64,000 nucleotides of DNA from Thermoleophilia bacterium (GTDB lineage: Bacteria > Actinomycetota > Thermoleophilia > BMS3ABIN01), in NCBI GenBank assembly GCA_020053595.1, contig JAGVMV010000006.1, positions 49,325 through 113,324 on the forward strand, written 5' to 3'. Within the stretch, counting starts at the first letter, position 1. Every line of letters starts with the position of its first letter. The translations under genes and the position numbers were made by a program. Positions 61,514 through 64,000 of this stretch are shown here, piece after piece. The notes under the pieces were generated by a model. It had not been told where the DNA came from. It made no database searches and saw nothing but the letters and a program-made list of their open reading frames with translations.

Positions 61514-62437
61514 TTATTCTTCCGTGAAATAGTCCATATCTATTTTTTTCACATTGTATGAAGCCACTGTAGACACGCCCACGTCGAAATCGATCATTAG
61601 CTCCGCTAGGTCATCGCCATCTATCAGAACGATCTTACTTTCAATCCCGGAAACATACTCTCGGGCGCCCTTGGTAAATGAAGATGTGGTAATGAAAATT
61701 CCCTTACGCGCCCTATGGCCCTGCAAGGCGCCAGCAAATTTTTGTATCTCGGGCCTGCTGACGGAATTCTCCCATCTCTTGGCCTGAATATATACATTAT
61801 CCAAACCCAATTTATCTTCTTTGATGATGCCGTCAATTCCACCGTCGGCACTCTTACCAACAGCCCTGCCAGCATCCTGTCGTGAGCCACCGTATCCCAT
61901 CTTGACAATCAGTTCGACGACCAGTTGCTCGAAAAATCTTGGTGAGCAATTTTTAATGGTAAGGAGTATTTCATTTTCGAGATCGTTCTTTATACGTCTA
62001 TGTGCTACCTCCATTGATTCTTCTGGCGTCCTGCCGGTTTTCTCTTCGAGCTCATCGGAAAGGTCGTCTACTTCCTTCTTTTTACTCCTGGACTCTTCAT
62101 ATTCAGGAAATTGCTTTAGGAATTTTATGTCGATTCTCAGTGGCGCCTGATTAACAACATCTTTGCCACGGTCTGTGATCCTGAAAACTCCCCTTTTTGG
62201 CGAACTTAAGAGACCGGCCATCTTCATATGAGCTTTTGCCCAAGCGACCCGGTTATCAAAAGTTGCCTGCCGGCCGCTGGGCAACATCTCCTGCCTGTCC
62301 GCCTCGCTCAGGGAAAATTCCTCAGCTAATGCCTCCACTGTTTCACGCGGAGTATGCTCCTTGCTATCACTCACAAACGTCAGCAACGGCAACATCAGGT
62401 CCTGAAAAGCTGGGATTGCCATTTCGTCCTTCGCCAC
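61514..62437 (-). CDS. mrr: Mrr-like type IV restriction endonuclease (Mrr_N winged helix + Mrr_cat)
   Basis: C-terminal PD-(D/E)xK Mrr_cat motifs (DGIIKEDKLGLDNVYIQAKRW) and an N-terminal Mrr_N domain. Confidence 0.8.
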   Translation of the reverse strand: MAKDEMAIPAFQDLMLPLLTFVSDSKEHTPRETVEALAEEFSLSEADRQEMLPSGRQATFDNRVAWAKAHMKMAGLLSSPKRGVFRITDRGKDVVNQAPLRIDIKFLKQFPEYEESRSKKKEVDDLSDELEEKTGRTPEESMEVAHRRIKNDLENEILLTIKNCSPRFFEQLVVELIVKMGYGGSRQDAGRAVGKSADGGIDGIIKEDKLGLDNVYIQAKRWENSVSRPEIQKFAGALQGHRARKGIFITTSSFTKGAREYVSGIESKIVLIDGDDLAELMIDFDVGVSTVASYNVKKIDMDYFTEE

Positions 62438-62608
62438 TCAATCAAGTCTCTTAGAAAATTTGTCTCCAAGAAAATCGGGGTTTAAATTTCTTTTGATCTC
62501 TGCCTTTTCCGCCTTGCGCTCCCGCTTATTGGCGACGCGCTTCCAGTCGCGTAGATGCTTCCACCATTGGGGCGCAGGAGTTAGTTGTCCTTTTCGCTTA
62601 TGAGCCAT
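62438..62608 (-). CDS. small basic ORF (56 aa, Lys/Arg-rich) immediately upstream of mrr
   Basis: MAHKRKGQLTPAPQWWKHLRDWKRVANKRERKAEKAEIKRNLNPDFLGDKFSKRLD. Its stop abuts the mrr start. Weak RBS. Confidence 0.25.
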   Translation of the reverse strand: MAHKRKGQLTPAPQWWKHLRDWKRVANKRERKAEKAEIKRNLNPDFLGDKFSKRLD

Positions 62609-62757
62609 TGGTTTTGTCCGCGATATCTTTCGCCGTAATTATTCTTGCGCGTGCTCCAGTATTTGTCAGGCTTGCAGAGTGCGCAGCTTGAGTAATATCG
62701 TCTGTGTTATTTCTTGTGGTTCGCCATGGATTAAACACTCAGAGTCTTTTCCACGCT

Positions 62758-63090
62758 TTAGGATTCTTTTCTTTGCTTCGCGCTGTGACTGCGGCCATCT
62801 AGCGCAGATGGATGAAGTAATCTTTCGCCACGCATGACATAGAGGATATAGACCTGCGAACCCTCTTCCCGGTAAAAGATTCGACATGGTTGTTCAATAA
62901 TCTGTCTATAGCGCCATCCCTTAAGCTCGCGTGGCTTTGAGCCGCTTTTGGGATGATCAGCCAATTGCTCCACGTGCCGAAACACGTTCTGGACCAGCTT
63001 CCTGGCCGCTTCTGGATTGTCCAGCGCGATGTAATCCGCGATAGCATCCAAATCGGAGAGTGCTGGTTCAGTCCAGACTATTTCAGCCAT
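62758..63090 (-). CDS. parE: ParE/RelE-family type II toxin
   Basis: 110 aa, ParE-like (IVWTEPALSDLDAIADYIALDNPEAARKL...YRIFY). Overlaps the upstream antitoxin gene by 13 nt. Confidence 0.8.
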   Translation of the reverse strand: MAEIVWTEPALSDLDAIADYIALDNPEAARKLVQNVFRHVEQLADHPKSGSKPRELKGWRYRQIIEQPCRIFYREEGSQVYILYVMRGERLLHPSALDGRSHSAKQRKES

Positions 63091-63335
63091 CGAGCCATGC
63101 GCTTTTTGGCCTGCGCATGAGAGAGTGTACGGCCTTCCTCAATAGCCCTCTCTCCACGGGCGATTCCCTCCAGCAGGCTCATCCGGCGGTGAAGGGCCTC
63201 ATAAGTCTCGACATCCACCAGATAGGCGCTTGGTACACCGTGTTGGGTTATGAGGATTGGCTCCTTGCTTTGCTCCAGCTCTGAGAGAAGCCTGGTGGCT
63301 TGGCGCTTGAGTGATGTAACAATTTCGGTCCGCAT
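63078..63335 (-). CDS. Phd/YefM-family antitoxin
   Basis: 85 aa, with the YefM-like ILITQHGVPSAYLVDVETYEAL motif. Confidence 0.8.
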   Translation of the reverse strand: MRTEIVTSLKRQATRLLSELEQSKEPILITQHGVPSAYLVDVETYEALHRRMSLLEGIARGERAIEEGRTLSHAQAKKRMARWLK

Positions 63336-63473
63336 AAAGTGATACTAAAGTATCACCGTTGGTTTTGCAAGTGGCAAGTTTCCGAAAGACGTGAAAGTTC
63401 AATTCCCGCCTGCTGTTACGATATCGGACAACAAAAAATGCCTTAAACAAGGCATTTTTAGAGTTACGAACAA

Positions 63474-63549
63474 TGGTGGAGGATACCGGACTCGAACCGG
63501 TGACCTCCTGGATGCAAACCAGGCGCTCTCCCAACTGAGCTAATCCCCC
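63474..63549 (-). tRNA. tRNA-Ala (anticodon TGC)
   Basis: Reverse complement GGGGGATTAGCTCAGTTGGGAGAGCGCCTGGTTTGCATCCAGGAGGTCACCGGTTCGAGTCCGGTATCCTCCACCA. Cloverleaf folds, G3:U70 is present and CCA is encoded. Confidence 0.9.
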
Positions 63550-63575
63550 ATATGAATCGTCGCTCTATAAAAAAC

Positions 63576-63651
63576 TGGTGGAGGATACCGGACTCGAACC
63601 GGTGACCTCTTGCATGCGAAGCAAGCGCTCTCCCAACTGAGCTAATCCCCC
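63576..63651 (-). tRNA. tRNA-Ala (anticodon CGC)
   Basis: Same body as the neighbouring tRNA-Ala, with anticodon loop TTCGCAT and G3:U70. Confidence 0.9.
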
Positions 63652-63694
63652 ACGCGGGCGCCGTGGTCTTCCGACCACCGGCGATGAGGCGATG

Positions 63695-63771
63695 TGGTGG
63701 GCGATACTGGACTCGAACCAGTGACCTCCGCCATGTGAGGACGGCGCTCTAACCAGCTGAGCTAATCGCCC
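63695..63771 (-). tRNA. tRNA-Val (anticodon CAC)
   Basis: Reverse complement GGGCGATTAGCTCAGCTGGTTAGAGCGCCGTCCTCACATGGCGGAGGTCACTGGTTCGAGTCCAGTATCGCCCACCA. Cloverleaf folds and the anticodon loop is CTCACAT. Confidence 0.85.
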
Positions 63772-63826
63772 GCGTGTCCACCAAAGGTATTTTAGGTACG
63801 CCAGGGCTGCAAGGCAAGGCGATGGT

Positions 63827-64000
63827 TTATTCCCCGAAATCCTCCGGATGGTCCTGCCGCAGCTTCTCAGCCTGGTTGCGCAGGGTTTCCGATTCGCCGT
63901 TCAGCCTTTCGATGTTCTGCTGGACCGAATAAATCTGTTTGACGACTGCCTGGGTTTTGATCTCGTCCCACCCCGCCAGCGAGTACTGTTCTTTCTGAAG
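63827..64000 (-). CDS. C-terminal end of an unidentified protein (coiled-coil-like), truncated by window edge
   Basis: Open frame ending ...LRNQAEKLRQDHPEDFGE* and continuing beyond position 64000. Confidence 0.35.
   Translation of the reverse strand, partial: LQKEQYSLAGWDEIKTQAVVKQIYSVQQNIERLNGESETLRNQAEKLRQDHPEDFGE

Noticed and set aside
63199-63534. 111-aa minus-strand ORF.
   Set aside because: It overlaps the tRNA-Ala gene and the Phd antitoxin gene, so it is spurious.

Overview
This is a 64 kb window from a high-GC (~60%) anaerobe that uses selenocysteine. Lineage cannot be fixed from the sequence. The content looks chromosomal and is unusually dense in signal transduction and redox genes.

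From the left edge:
- A partial sigma-54 activator, then a GAF histidine kinase with a NarL-type regulator.
- NhaA, a universal stress protein, and a four-gene signalling operon. The operon has two histidine kinases (one hybrid, with a CxxCH heme motif in its periplasmic domain), a CheY-like receiver and an HD-GYP response regulator.
- A substrate-binding protein, histidine kinase and LytTR regulator set, then an AT-rich, palindrome-rich promoter region.
- A respiratory operon: a hexaheme cytochrome c, a 51-codon small ORF, a Tat-exported molybdopterin oxidoreductase, a 4Fe-4S subunit, a TorD-like chaperone and TatA.
- A molybdenum/tungsten cofactor region: a ModE-like regulator, two paralogous MoeA-like plus FmdE-like gene pairs, a MOT1-family permease, mobAB, moaA, moaC, a MOSC-domain gene and mogA.
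- A ~1375-aa selenocysteine (in-frame TGA plus SECIS hairpin) formate dehydrogenase fused to a GltD/SfrB-like NAD(P)H module, sitting between the two paralogous pairs.
- HigBA next to a degraded tRNA 3' fragment, then ligA.
- A metal-efflux group (ArsR, CDF, CDF-like, and a Cys-rich membrane protein followed by tandem in-frame TGAs and a hairpin).
- A 3D-domain protein and MarC.
- An O2-detoxification cluster (flavodiiron protein, rubredoxin, an unusual Cys-rich rubredoxin fusion, superoxide reductase).
- A lipoprotein serine protease with a cytoplasmic zinc ribbon.
- A decayed stretch holding an orphan MNT nucleotidyltransferase, a clpB 3' paralogous fragment and a PIN remnant.
- A LolCDE/MacB-like ABC transporter, an EfeU/FTR1 fusion and intact clpB.
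- An eRF1/Pelota-like protein beside a DUF1385 gene, then malic enzyme and two-subunit class I fumarase.
- A LuxR-type response regulator and a small defence/TA island (Mrr, ParE/Phd) abutting a tRNA-Ala/Ala/Val cluster.

No CRISPR array, integrase or transposase was found.
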